Of a stretch of DNA of 64,000 nt, positions 19,518 to 31,490 are shown piece by piece. How positions within the stretch are numbered: position 1 is the first letter of the stretch; every line of letters begins with the position of its first letter. The translations under genes were made by a program, and so were the position numbers. The DNA is from Rhodosorus marinus CCMP1338. Lineage: Eukaryota; Plantae; Rhodophyta. The stretch spans positions 1 to 64,000 of the forward strand of contig JAMWBK010000012.1 of assembly GCA_029953675.1 (NCBI GenBank). The letters are read 5' to 3'. The notes below the pieces were generated by a model. The model saw only the letters and a list, made by a program, of their open reading frames with translations, was not told where the DNA came from and searched no databases.

Positions 19518-20399
19518 ATTACGCGCAAGACTCGACGATGTTAATCCGATCCGTGCCTCTGACTGCTCTCGAATTCGCTACCCTCTCGTCCAAAATTCTT
19601 CCCTCGTAGAAGCTGAACAAGCTCTCAGCTCCAGCCTAACCGGATTACCTTTCACGGGAGTGGGGCCTTGCCCTCACCTCCCCATCTTCCTCCGCAGACA
19701 ATCACCGCATATGTACTGAATGAATGTGTTTATTGGGAGACTGAGAAAGAACTTCGAGGGTGAAGAAGCCTATACTGGCCAAATTCACGTGACTCCGGAA
19801 AATACTGGAGTATGCCAAAGCCACCAACATACAAAGGCGCCCCAAAATCTGGTCCCTTTGGATACGGTGCTTGAAGACTGCAGTCTGCAGTCTGCAGTCG
19901 TCTCTTCGCTGACGTTCGCAAAGGAATTCCAGCACTCCCAACGGTTTATTTCTACTTCGGTAGCAACATGTTGTGACCGAAAAGCAAGCAATTGCGTCGA
20001 TGATTTCCCAAAGGAATCCGGCGCTCCCAGCGGTTTTCCCAACGGTTTTCTCGTTTTGTTCGTTGGAGGGGTTCGAATAAAGCCAATTGAAGGAGAGAAT
20101 TGGAAAAATAATCAATAAGAAAATCTTGGAATTTGAGGCTTAAAAAATTCCCATTTTTAAGCGCATTTCAATCTGCCAACCGTTTTTTTTTCGGGTTGTG
20201 CCAAGTCGGCCTTTTCGCTGTTTACAACTCAGAAGTTGTAAACCCCGCGAAAACAGGGGGGTTTAGAGGGGGAAAAAGCGAAAAACACGACCCCACTTGG
20301 CACTGGGACAGCCCGAGTTTTTTCGTTTGTTTTGTCTTCAGTCCCGAAATGTACGAAGTCGATCCAATCAAAATGAGGAAAAGCCGTTGGGAGGAGCTT

Positions 20400-20439
20400 G
20401 GGGTTACGTTAGTCCGGGGAAGTTACAGTCAGTCTGGGG
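20400..20439. repeat. Inverted (G-rich on +) degenerate telomere units
   Basis: ggggttacgttagtccgggg...agtctgggg. Confidence 0.75.
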
Positions 20440-20459
20440 CATCTACTGATGATGATGGT

Positions 20460-20887
20460 AGAAGTCTGGGGTTAGAAGCTCTGCGAACAAAGTTCTCCGA
20501 TCTAACGATTGTCGCTATCCATGACGATATTACGATAGTGGGACCGCTGCAGGAACTGAAGCAAGCACTAGCGGTTCTTGTGCCGTTCATATTTGAGACT
20601 TTTGGTCGAATGGGCCAGGCAAGCCTTGAATTTCTTCGAACGGCGAGCGCGCACTTGCATGATCGTGACTCCCATCTATCGTCGGTGAGGGGTCCACTAA
20701 ACCGCATTTTGTGGCAGCACAACGCTGCGCTAGTTGAGCACGCGATCGAGAAAGATCGCGCAGATAGACCGATATTTCCCCTAAGTAGATTTAGATGAGA
20801 CTCCTGGACAGGGAGTCCAGGTTTGGTTAGTGCGTACGTAGTGATCGTGTGATGCGCTACATTAGGTAGCTGCCCAATAAAGGCTAC
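20460..20887 (+). mobile_element. Internally deleted B-related element (RT motif joined to RLE end and 3' UTR)
   Basis: AIHDDITIVGP fused to VPFIFETFG; 3' motif gctac-attag-gtagc-tgccc-aataaag. Confidence 0.75.
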
Positions 20888-20891
20888 TGAG

Positions 20892-23800
20892 TTTTCCGGA
20901 CTGGGATATTCGGATCCTTCACACAACGACACGCCGATAGACAAGTAAGCCTTTACACTGGCCAGGCGCTGGACCCAGACAACCTTCTGGGTTACCTCGA
21001 ACGTCAGACCATCGCTCCCGGGGATATCGCTCCCCACACGCTGAAGCGGGCCATCGAGCAGCTTGTCCGCATTCGTTCGAGGATCCGCAGGCGACAACTC
21101 TCCTTCCACACTCTCGCAGCGCTCTACGAGTTTCTGGAGGCACTACTAGAGCTCCTAAAAGGCAGACAAAATCCGCCTGAGGTACCCGGGGAGTGCGCGG
21201 AACCCCCTGGGCCTGCAGCCGCTTCGAACGCAGACCCTGAAGCCTCGTCCCTTCCAGGGGATGTACAGGCAGACCGTGGGAGAGTTGACGCCCAGGTTGA
21301 GACTAGCGCGACTTCCCAAGTACCTGAGAACGCAGCACACGAGGACAATCCCCATGCGGAGCTCCTCTGCAACCTTCCGGAGCCACCTCAACAGAAGCGC
21401 TCGCGAGTATCCGCCGATGGCACCGGACCGGATACTGAGATGACTCCGGCAGCCGTGGAGACTCCACAGGATACCACTGTGACACAGGTTGCCCTTGACG
21501 GCAACCATCACGCGATGGACACGCAGGAGAGCCAGGAAAACCCAGCGCAATAATGCCGAGCACACGTAGGGGAATCAAACGACGCCGCGACGAGCCTCTG
21601 TTCTTCTCGGATCGTCAAGACTTGATCAGGCGGTGGAGCGTCTTCGTCGACGACGTCACGGAAGGAGGCAGGCAGTGGACGCGCCTTACACACTGCCCGG
21701 TTCCCACACGGCGATTTGTGCCACGCGCCCAGGTTCAAACATGGAGCTGCCTCTTCCGTGCTGCATTAGAGCTCTCTATGGACAGCACCGCACCAACAAA
21801 CGCCAGCCTGCTTCTTGTCGGACTTCCAGGCCTGGTCCTTGGACATTCTACACTTGATGTTGGCATTCAGGTATCGCATGTGCTTGAAGGAGAATTCTCT
21901 ACGGTCTGGAGCGCTCTAGAGGACAAACAAGGCGTCTATGCTGTCGCATACTACCGCACCGCAAGGAGCTGAAGCGGTTCGACGCAAACATCTCGGGCGC
22001 CACAAGCGAGCGCTGAAACTAGCACACCTTGGCCGCCTTTCAGATGCAGCTCGGAGCCTACAGGCCACCGAAATGGCACCTTTTACCGCGGCTACGTGGA
22101 GACAACTACAAGCGCTCTTTCCCAACCCGATGGAAGGTGACTTAACAGACGAGATTGCACACGCCCTGCAATCTTTGCTCGCTCTGAATATCGAAACACT
22201 AAAGCGGCGGTGGGATTCAAGAAAAGATGCCGACGAGGGCCTCATGTCCATCGTGGCACGTCTTCCTCAGGGCAAGAGCCCAGGTCCTAGCGGTCTCCGA
22301 GCGGAACACCTCCAAGGTGCAACTCAACAGACGCAAGTGGCGTTGATTCGTGTATTGCGACAACTGGCGACCGCTCCTGAGAAATTTTTCCCGGCTCTGA
22401 CCCGCGCCCTTCGCAGTAGTCGACTCCTGCCGTTCGCGAAGCCTAACAAGGGTTCAGTGCCGCAGGAGCATCCCGGAGTTCGCCCTATCGGAGTACCAGA
22501 AGTTTTGCGCAAGGTAGCAACGCAATGGACTCTTCACGCGGTTATGGACAGGGTGCGTGAGCTCCTGGTGCCCTTACAACTGGGTATTGGAGTAAGTGGC
22601 GGGTGCGAACGCTCACTTCACGCGATCCAGGCCCATTTGTCATGCGAACCCGATTCGGTGGTCCTTCGGCTAGACCTAGAGAATGCCTTTAATGGCATCG
22701 ACCGACGCCTTGCCAAGCAACTGGTGGACGAACACTTGCCGGAGCTTGCACCAGGGTATAGACTTGGCTATGGAAGCGACAACGCGGACTCACCGACGCT
22801 CTGTGGCTGGCGATCTTCCCCTGGACAGAACGAAACCGACACCTCTCGCCTGACTCTCCAAGCAACTACAGGAGTCCAACAGGGAGATCCACTGGGGCCG
22901 GTGCTACATGCACTATCCCTGGCGCCCTTTCTAAGAGCGTTGCGAGCCAAGTTCCCCAACGAAACGATTGTTGCTATCCACGACGATATCACGATTGTCG
23001 GGTCGCTACAAGCCGTGAAGGCGTCCCTGGCATGGGCAAAAACTGTGCTCCCCTCTCTTGGAGCACGCCTGCAACTCGGCAAGTGCACTGTGTACGCGCG
23101 AACACTGACTACCACGCGAGTGGTCAACGATGAGATTCCTGGAGTGCAAGTGACCAGAGACGGAGTCACCATCCACTCGATACCGATAGGCAGCCGAGAA
23201 TATATCGAACAGGAGTGCCGGGGGCTGCAAAATATGCATGAGAAACTCCTTGAGGAAATTGCCAAGCTCCCACAACCGGAGCTTACGACGCAAATTGCCC
23301 TCTTCAGGTTCTGTGCAGAAACGCGACTAGACTATGTGCTACGATGCCTCGCATACGAGTTTGGAAGAAATCTGGCACGCGAGGCCGACGTGATGACCAG
23401 ATATCACCTGGAAATTCTATTCGGAGGCCTCGCTACGACAGCTGTAGAGGACGATGAGTACGCATAGCTGATCTCGGACCAAATCGCTCTGCCCTGCCGC
23501 TGGGGAGGTTTGGGTTTCGCTACTCGAAAGCGCGTCCAACCCATCGCGTTTTACTCGTCATGGAGAAACACCTTCCGGAACAATGAAGATGAATGGCCAT
23601 ACCTACGGCAGAACGCTCACCAGACACATACGAGCCGATGGATCAACGATGGTCGACTGCACAGCTGGCGGACCAGATCTGTGCATCGTCGCGAGCAATA
23701 CAACGGAGGCTCGGACCAGAAACCCCGCCGCGGATCTTGGCACTGACAACCCTGCAACAACCGCGAGAAACATCTCTTCGAAGCGCCCCGGGCGAGACTG

Positions 23801-23953
23801 CAGCTTGGAATAATGGTTCAATACAACAAACCCTCTCTCGAGAGGCACACCATTGTGCATTCCAAAAGCTGGTCACCAACCGACGAATCTCCCCTGAAAA
23901 CCGAGCTCGAATACGGTCTGCCGCGGGATCCGGGTCGGGAGTCTGACTACGTG
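20892..23953 (+). mobile_element. Family B-subfamily element truncated at both ends (ORF1 C-half, TAATG junction at 21550-21554, RT ORF 21938-23467, decayed downstream)
   Basis: RPIGVPEVLRK, LDLENAFN, GVQQGDPLGP, AIHDDI; in-frame stops and frameshifts after 23467. Confidence 0.9.
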
Positions 23954-23985
23954 AAATACGAACGCTGACACCGAAAAAATTGAGT

Positions 23986-24010
23986 GGTTACGTTAGTCTG
24001 GGGTTACGTT
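23986..24010. repeat. Inverted interstitial telomere (1.5 perfect units, G-rich on +)
   Basis: ggttacgttagtctggggttacgtt. Confidence 0.9.
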
Positions 24011-26058
24011 CCCCAAGCCAAAGCCACGAAGTACAACGCCCTGATGCTGAAATTCATGGAACTTGCTGCACAAGCCCATGCCAGTGGCAACGAGGCTCAG
24101 CTCCTTCACACTCTGACTACAACGCCCCAACGACCTACCCAGACACCGCGCTTCCTAGCTGTCTACGAACCGGCATCCTACGCCAGCACAGCAGCCCGCC
24201 CCAGATCTCCCGACGCGCGCGATCTCGATGCTGATGCATATCCCGATCTCGCAGCAGCCAATGACCGCACACGCCCGACACCTCGACCTAGCAGCCGGCC
24301 AATGAGTTGGACGACACGTGTCCGAGGTAACCAGACCCCGGCAGCCGCGAGCTGACACTACCACACAACAAACCCGCTGGCGGCGCAAACAAGCACTCAA
24401 GCTCGCCCAACAAGGTCGCCTCTCTGACGCTGCATACCGCCTCACAGCCTCTGCAATGGCCAAACAGAACGTTGCCACCTGGAACCAGCTCGAAGACCTC
24501 TTCCCGGACCCGACAGACACCCCTCTCTCTGAGGATCTACAGCAAACCCTGCAGACACTACTTGCACAGGACAACGCCCAACTACGGGTCAGGTGGCTGG
24601 CCGGACAAGCCTCGGATGAGAGTCTACTCGCCAAACTGACCCTGCTGCCGAAAGACAAATGTCCCGGGCCCAGCGGGCTCCGCGCGAACACTTACAGATG
24701 CTAACGCGTGAGGCACACCCGCACCTGGTACGGTTCCTGAGACAGTTGGCCACGGCTCCGGAGCGGCTCCCGGCAGTCCTGACCAGGGCTCTCCGCAGCA
24801 GCAGGCTCCTGCCGTTTGTCAAGTCCTCTACTACTGGGCCCCCACCTGCGCACCCTGCTGTCAGACCTATTGGCGTTCCTGAGGTCCTACGAAAGCTAGC
24901 GACACAGTGGGTACTAGGTCACCTGACCACACGACTTCGGGAGCTCCTCGTCCCCCTGCAACTAGGCCTTGCCGTCAGTGGAGGTTGCGAACGGTCCCTG
25001 CACGCAATACAGGCCCATCTCTACTGTGAACCACAATCGGCAGTTCTACGACTCGACCTGGCGAATGCGTTCAACCGAATTGATCGGAGTATTGCCAAAC
25101 AACTAGTCGACCGCCATTACCCAGAGCTGGCAGCCATCTACCGCCTGGGATATAGAAGCAACTGCGAGGACTCACCTACGCTCCTTGGCTGGCGCCCCAA
25201 AGCTACAGACGGAACACTGCATCCAGATCGACTACACCTACAAGCGCAGACGGGAGTACAACAAGGAGATCCTTTGGGACCTGCCTTACACGCCCTCTCC
25301 CTGGCGCCTTTTCTCGAAGCACTGCGGCAGAAATACCCTGAGCTGACTACTGTCGCCATCCATGACGATATCACGCTCGTGGGCCCCCTGGAGTCCCTGA
25401 AAGATGCCCTACTGTGGAGTCAAAATGCCCTCCCTACCATTGGGGCGGAACTACAGCCTCAAAAGTGCACCCTATTCGGTTACCACATAGCATCCCCTCG
25501 ACTGGTTACCAGATACATGCCGGACCTCAATGTTTCTCGCGAAGGAGTAACCATACACTCCATTCCCATTGGGACGAGAAAATATGTGGAAGAAGCTTTG
25601 AGAACACTACAAAACAAGCATGAAACACTGGGCAAAGAGATAGCCCATCTGCCTCCTGAAGAGCTCAACACACAACTGGCGCTGTTCCGATACTGCTCGG
25701 AAACGAGACTTGACTACACCCTAAGGACAGTGGCTTACCACTACGGCAGAAGTTTAGCACGAGAAGCGGACTACAACACACGACTACAGTTGAAAAGGCT
25801 ACTAGGCTGTCTACAAACAGCCCATGCGGACGACCCTGACGGAACGCACCCGGCTTGGAAGCAGGTAGCACTCCCCTGCCGATGGGGGGGACTGGGATTC
25901 TGCACTAGAAGGCGCATCCAACCTATTTCTTTCCACACAGGGTGGATGCAAACCTTTGCAGCTAACAAGGGCTATTGGCCCCACCTACAAAAATTGTTAG
26001 AACGCACCCAGGAAGCTACACCACAGCTGCTCAACCCCCCGAGGACACTACACCGCTC
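24011..26058 (+). mobile_element. Divergent A-subfamily element: ORF1 fragment, internal deletion, RT (ORF 24659-26119), 3'-truncated
   Basis: ORF1 piece aligns with family A ORF1 (YEPASYA...MSWTTRVR); RT motifs GVQQGDPLGP and AIHDDI. Confidence 0.88.
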
Positions 26059-28531
26059 TACTGGACTTTACTGGACTTTACTGGACTGGACTTTACTGGA
26101 CTTTACTAGCATAGCCTGAAGCGCTACGCAAGGCGTGAAGATGAACTAATAACTAGGGAGGGAAGCATGCAACCCCAGGCGCCGATGGCGCGCCTCGGAA
26201 AGCATGTCGCTGGAATATCGCCAAAGGGAGACACTTAAACGCCTCAAGAGCGCCAAATATTCAGTAGGATGCTCAGCAAAACATTTCCGCAACCACTCTA
26301 AACCCGACTTATCCACGTGACCAAAGCTTTCCACAATGAATGGCTGGAACCGGTGAGAGCGACCCTCAGCGCAAGGCAGACTGGCCATGCTCTCAGCATA
26401 CCGTCGTTCCTTAACTCTTCGAAGGGCTGAAGCCGCGGCCCCCCGGCGGCGGGCGGCTGCGGTGAGGTGGGCAGATGAAACTAGCATAGCCTGAAGCGCT
26501 ACGCAAGGCGTGAAGATGAACTAATAACTAGGGAGGGAAGTATGCAACCCCAGGCGCCGATGGCGCGCCTCGGAAAGCATGTCGCTGGAATATCGCCAAA
26601 GGGAGACACTTAAACGCCTCAAGAGCGCCAAATATTCAGTAGGATGCTCAGCAAAACATTTCCGCAACCACTCTAAACCCGACTTGTCGACGTGACCAAA
26701 GCTTTCCACAATGAATGGCTGGAACCGGTGAGAGCGACCCTCAGCGCAAGGCAGACTGGCCATGCTCTCAGCATACCGTCGTTCCTTAACTCTTCGAAGG
26801 GCTGAAGCCGCGGCCCCCCGGCGGCGGGCGGCTGCGGTGAGGTGGGCGCTGGCCACGGGGCAGGTAATCGCAAGGTCCACATATGTTGAGCGTCTGGCAG
26901 CAGCGTCAGAGACGAGGAGATCGGCTATACAACGGGGCGGTGCAGAGTCCGAGATTGATCTGGGCAGTTCCGACTCAACCTCAACCGTATGCCCTATCCG
27001 AGTCAAAAATTCGCTGAGGATGTACTTGAGGCGAGTGTGACGCCTCGTACGGAGACCTCGCAACAGTCCGCAGGAACCCAGGAAGTGGTAGCCACAAGCG
27101 TCAATCCGGCTCTCACATCCCTGACAGAAAGACGGCCGATTAGAGTGCCACGGAGCCTGTGGCAAACCGAGATAGATCCGTGCGGCAGAACGGAACTGGA
27201 AAGCATCGAGACGATGACTCAATGACGACGGTAGAGTGGTTAACCACAAGTGCGAGAGGTGGCCTCCCATGCCGCGGAGACGAGCGGCAGTGGTAGGCGG
27301 CGTGAGAGGAGAATTGAGCATGACTGTGTGAGCGGCACTGTGTTGGCCCCAGGTGAGGCTATGTTGAATCACATCAGTGCGGGAGCTCCACAATCGGCTC
27401 AAACCCGGGTAGTCTGCAACAGGGGACCCGGGGCTAGCCTCTCCGTCATCGGCAAGAACTCGGTCGAGGGGAGAATCCTCAATCGCTTCAGCTCGTCCCC
27501 ATAACAGCTCCCTCCAGGAACGAAAGCGGGACCGATTTGCGTCCGGCACGGCGTTGCACCTCCTGAACGCGTGTTGAAGACCATCATAAATTGTCAAAAG
27601 CGGGGGCGGCAGGCTCACTGGATCCTCGTTGGTCAAAGCTCGAGCCAAGAGGCAGGCACTTCGCATCTGGAAGGTCACCAACGTTCGCAGCGCGGTAACC
27701 CAGGAGGCAACCGCCGCTGGCGAGCATACCAGCCCACGGTCTGCGACGCCGAATCCCCCTAATCGCAACGGTAGAGCGATCTGTGCATGAATAAAGTCCC
27801 TGTCGGGAGCAGCTTCAAGATCGAGGGGCTCATCCAAGAGCGTTCCCCAGTGTTGCAGGGTCATTTCGTCGGCTTTAGCCGCGATCCACGAGCCCCAAGC
27901 TGGAGGCAGGCTGCGCAACCAGTAGTTGAGTCTGGGACCGGCACAAAAGCGGGAAAGCAAGCAGGCCGATTGCAGCATGCTGTCGGGTAGGTGCTCAAGG
28001 GCGTCGGTGAGTTGCTTCTGCCGTGCCAAAACTCGCTCGCAGGATGCTTGGACAAAGTTTTCAGTCCCCAATCCGACGCCGTGGTGTTCGAACCCTTCAC
28101 GTTCGCTGATTAGTCGCAGAGTGGGTGGCAGAGAGTTCAGCGACACGTCCCTCGGGGGGAGAAAGCGACATTTTTCTGTTTCCACAGTCAAACTGACTCG
28201 ACGTGCAATCGCTTCGATCGCGGTCAGTCCCCTAGCCAGGGTGTCAGGGGTGCCCAGCAATGTTACGTCATCGTGGTACGCGCAGATTCGAAGATCCGAG
28301 ACCTCAGTCGACAGACGTAAAAGTACGAGCTGTAGGGCACAGGCATGAAGAAGAGGTCCGCAAGGGTCGCCTTGTTGGACGCCAGTATGTGCTTGAAAAA
28401 CTGTGCCCTCCGTTGTCAAGTAGGGGAGGCTCTCCCCTCCGTAAATACCCGATAGAAACGGCCACGCCTCCGGAAACACCCGTCGGAGCACCTCTAGCGC
28501 ATGCGTCCGCGACACGCTGTTGAATGCGTTC
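26059..28531 (-). mobile_element. Two stacked family C copies (26059-26480 short; 26481-28531 with ORF 26521-28515) with a long reiterated tail at 26059-26107
   Basis: Open RT-thumb-CCHC-RLE frame of 664 aa; tail (AGTAAAGTCC)n. Confidence 0.92.
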
Positions 28532-28564
28532 AGCTATGCTAGTAAAGTCCAGTCCACTTCAATG
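28532..28564 (+). mobile_element. 33-nt micro-insertion of the family C 3' terminus plus tail, flanked by a 13-bp duplication
   Basis: gttgaatgcgttc (28519-28531) [agctatgctagtaaagtccagtccacttcaatg] gttgaatgcgttc (28565-28577); the uninterrupted site is seen at ~49337-49355. Confidence 0.75.
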
Positions 28565-29345
28565 GTTGAATGCGTTCCGGAAATCAACTACCCAAAGAAC
28601 TAGCATCACGATCTAGAGCAGACCCTTGTGTGACATATCTCGCAATGTATATTTTTCGATTTTTCCGTTGCCGGCCTTCTTAACCATGAATAAAACAATT
28701 TCGGCTTTAATATCCTTTGGTTCAGTACCGCTTCCAGTCGAGTGAACGTGATAATTTCAGGACGATATTTTCCATAGAATGTAGCATTGTGCCCGTTCCG
28801 GGGTCTCCTTAGTCTAGCCTAATTTGCTTTACCGGTGCGTCTCTAGCCTGACAGCTGGTGATGGCTTGGAGCGAACGGTCTTGGTCATCGCTACCCCAGC
28901 AAGTAAATCCACCACAGTGCTTCATGCTACGTAGTAGAACCAAGGGTAGTAGTGAGAATACCACCAGAAGATAGCCCCAAGAAGATTCAGGCGGATAAAA
29001 CTGGTGGTTTGGAGGTTTTACGTTCAGAAGGCGCTTACACTGGACTACGTCAGGAGTGGTAAACCAAGTGCGACTGGGAATGATGACAGCAAGAGACACA
29101 CGCAGCGCAACTCTGCTTTGGGTAGTGAGAAGCGACTACAAATCTTCGTCAAAATAGCCGGGTCAGTTGAGTTATGCTTCAGGTCCGGGTAAGGCTGACT
29201 ACGTCAGAAGCGGGCAAACAAGTGAGACTGAGAATAATTACAAAAAAAAGAAGCTAGAATAATGACAGCATCAGACACATGACGCAGCGCAACTCTGCTT
29301 TAAGTGTTGACAAGCGTCTCCAACTCTTTGGAAAAAATAGCTTCG

Positions 29346-31490
29346 TCAGTCGAGTTGTGCTTCAGGTCCAGGCGAGGTGCCATACGGGTTCTGGACTGGA
29401 CTAATAATTTGAGCACCAAGCTCTTGGTTAGACATTGTCTTCTGGAGTTCCCCACCGCGACCCTCAGCTACCCCGGGAGCGCCGTACCATATGGAGTTGG
29501 ACCAAACGTGTCCGTCGTCGATCGCATACGGAGGAGATTCTGCGTTGCACCCGTAATGTAAACTGTAGTCGGGCACTGCATGTTGAGTTTCCGATAACTG
29601 GAGGTTCTCCAGTACAGGATATAGTGGATCGTCCAGAGTTGGTGCTGTCCCTTGGCTTAAGGGATGGATCAATTGCTGAATCGTACGCTGGCTCATCGAC
29701 TGGTCCATTGGTCTGTTGTTGGTGCGCTGACTCATGGGTCGGGCCATCGTCCGGTTCATAACCTGGCTCATCGGCTTATTCATCGAAAGATTGTTTTGGT
29801 CTGTTCTCGGTTCGCTCATCGATTGGGTAACCGACGGGGTCATCGGCTCGAAGACAGGCTGAGTCATTGACGGGCTCATCTGCTCGGTCACCGGTTGCGT
29901 CCTCGGCTCTGTCATGGGCTGCGCCATAGGCTGGTTGATTAGGTCGCCCATAGACTCAAGCATCGACTGAATAGAACAAGAATTGCTCTGCTGGGAGATC
30001 GGCTCGGTCATCGGCTCGGAGGCGGTGATTGACCGGCTCATTGGCTCAGTCATCGGTTGCGTCCTCGGCTCTGTCATGTGCTGGGCCGTAGGCTGGTTCA
30101 CAAACTCACCCATCGACCTAGGCACCGACTGATTTGTAGAACCAGAACCGCTCTGCTGGGCTACCGGCTGGGACATCGGCTGGGACATCGGCTGGGACAT
30201 CGGCTGGGACATCGGCTGGGACATCGGCTGGGACATCGGCCGAATCATCGGCTGAATCATCGGCTGGGTCATCGGCTGGGTCATCGGCTGGGTCATCGGC
30301 TGGGTCATCCGCTCGGTCATCGGCTGGGTCATCGGCTGGGTCATCGGCTGGGTCATCGGCTGGGTCATCGGCTGGGTCATCGGCTGGGTCATCGGCTGGG
30401 TCATCGGCTGAGTCATCGGCTGGGTCATCGGCTGGGTCATCGGCTGGGTCATCGGCTGGGTCATCGGCTGGGTCATCGGCTGGGTCATCGGCTGGGTCAT
30501 CGGCTGGGTCATCGGCTGGGTCATGGGCTGGGTCATCGGCTGGGTCATCGGCTGGGTCATCGGCTGGGTCATCGGCTGGGTCATCGGCTGGGTCATCGGC
30601 TGGGTCATCGGCTGGGTCATCGGCTGGGTCATCGGCTGGGTCATCGGCTGGGTCATCGGCTGGGTCATCGGCTGGGTCATTCGCTCGGTCATCGGCTGGG
30701 TCATCCGCTGGGTCATCCGCTCGGTCATCGGCTGCATCTCCGTACTACTCGTAGTTTGGTTCAGTGCCTGGACCGTAGACTGGTTCAATGGCTGATCTAC
30801 TACCTGAGCCTTCATGCCGCTCTGTGTATCGCTGTGGGACGAGCTCTCAATCTGAGTTGGAGCCTGCTTGCTTACGGGCTTACTTGCTTCCGACCAAGTC
30901 AGCACGTCACCTCCCTCAGCGGTCACCGATTCCAATCTATTTGTCTGAAAAGTGTCCCCACTTTGCGAAGGAGCTCCGTTCAGTTCGTCATCATCCCCAG
31001 AGTTGGCTGCGTGGCCACTGGTGCTCGATTCAATCTTGGACGTGCTAGTTCTACTACTCGCAGAATTCGATGTCGATGTCGATGATTTCGTCCGCCGAGC
31101 TTTGGTATTCTGGCCAGTGGACGAACTCGAAATAGTTGAAGAGTAGGATTCTGAATCTCGCAATGTATTAAGAGTTTGCTCGATTCGCAATATGTAGTCT
31201 TCGTACTCCTTGATAGCCTGCTTCTTTCTCTTACTGACGAGGTTTCCCGCCAATGACGTAAGCGCAGAGGCACCTTTTTTAGCTCCTCCGCTACCGCCCC
31301 GAGAGGATTCTCGTCCCTTTGTCCATTTGTCGTTCTCATCGTAGAGGGTCAACATTTTTTCCGCCGCAATTCTCTTTTCACGCTGCAATCTTGCAATCAA
31401 TACCTTTCGCTCGTCTTGAGTTTTAAGTTTTCCAGTGATGGTGGGGGTTGCATGCAATCCCCTCTGAAAGCCTTCCACGGTTATTTCCAT
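29346..31490 (-). CDS. Hypothetical ~714-aa protein: N-terminal helical/coiled-coil region, Ser-rich linker, (QPMT/QPMS)n tetrapeptide repeats
   Basis: Long open frame with non-repetitive N- and C-terminal parts; no recognisable domain; upstream exons cannot be excluded. Confidence 0.6.
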   Translation of the reverse strand: MEITVEGFQRGLHATPTITGKLKTQDERKVLIARLQREKRIAAEKMLTLYDENDKWTKGRESSRGGSGGAKKGASALTSLAGNLVSKRKKQAIKEYEDYILRIEQTLNTLRDSESYSSTISSSSTGQNTKARRTKSSTSTSNSASSRTSTSKIESSTSGHAANSGDDDELNGAPSQSGDTFQTNRLESVTAEGGDVLTWSEASKPVSKQAPTQIESSSHSDTQSGMKAQVVDQPLNQSTVQALNQTTSSTEMQPMTERMTQRMTQPMTERMTQPMTQPMTQPMTQPMTQPMTQPMTQPMTQPMTQPMTQPMTQPMTQPMTQPMTQPMTQPMTQPMTQPMTQPMTQPMTQPMTQPMTQPMTQPMTQPMTQPMTQPMTQPMTQPMTQPMTQPMTERMTQPMTQPMTQPMTQPMIQPMIRPMSQPMSQPMSQPMSQPMSQPMSQPVAQQSGSGSTNQSVPRSMGEFVNQPTAQHMTEPRTQPMTEPMSRSITASEPMTEPISQQSNSCSIQSMLESMGDLINQPMAQPMTEPRTQPVTEQMSPSMTQPVFEPMTPSVTQSMSEPRTDQNNLSMNKPMSQVMNRTMARPMSQRTNNRPMDQSMSQRTIQQLIHPLSQGTAPTLDDPLYPVLENLQLSETQHAVPDYSLHYGCNAESPPYAIDDGHVWSNSIWYGAPGVAEGRGGELQKTMSNQELGAQIISPVQNPYGTSPGPEAQLD
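30170..30735. repeat. 12-bp coding minisatellite GGCTGGGTCATC (~45 copies)
   Basis: Direct tandem array inside the 29346-31490 ORF. Confidence 0.95.

Noticed and set aside
30057-31085. 342-aa (HRLG)n ORF on the + strand
   Set aside because: Antisense shadow of the stop-free 12-bp minisatellite; the minus-strand frame has long non-repetitive flanks.
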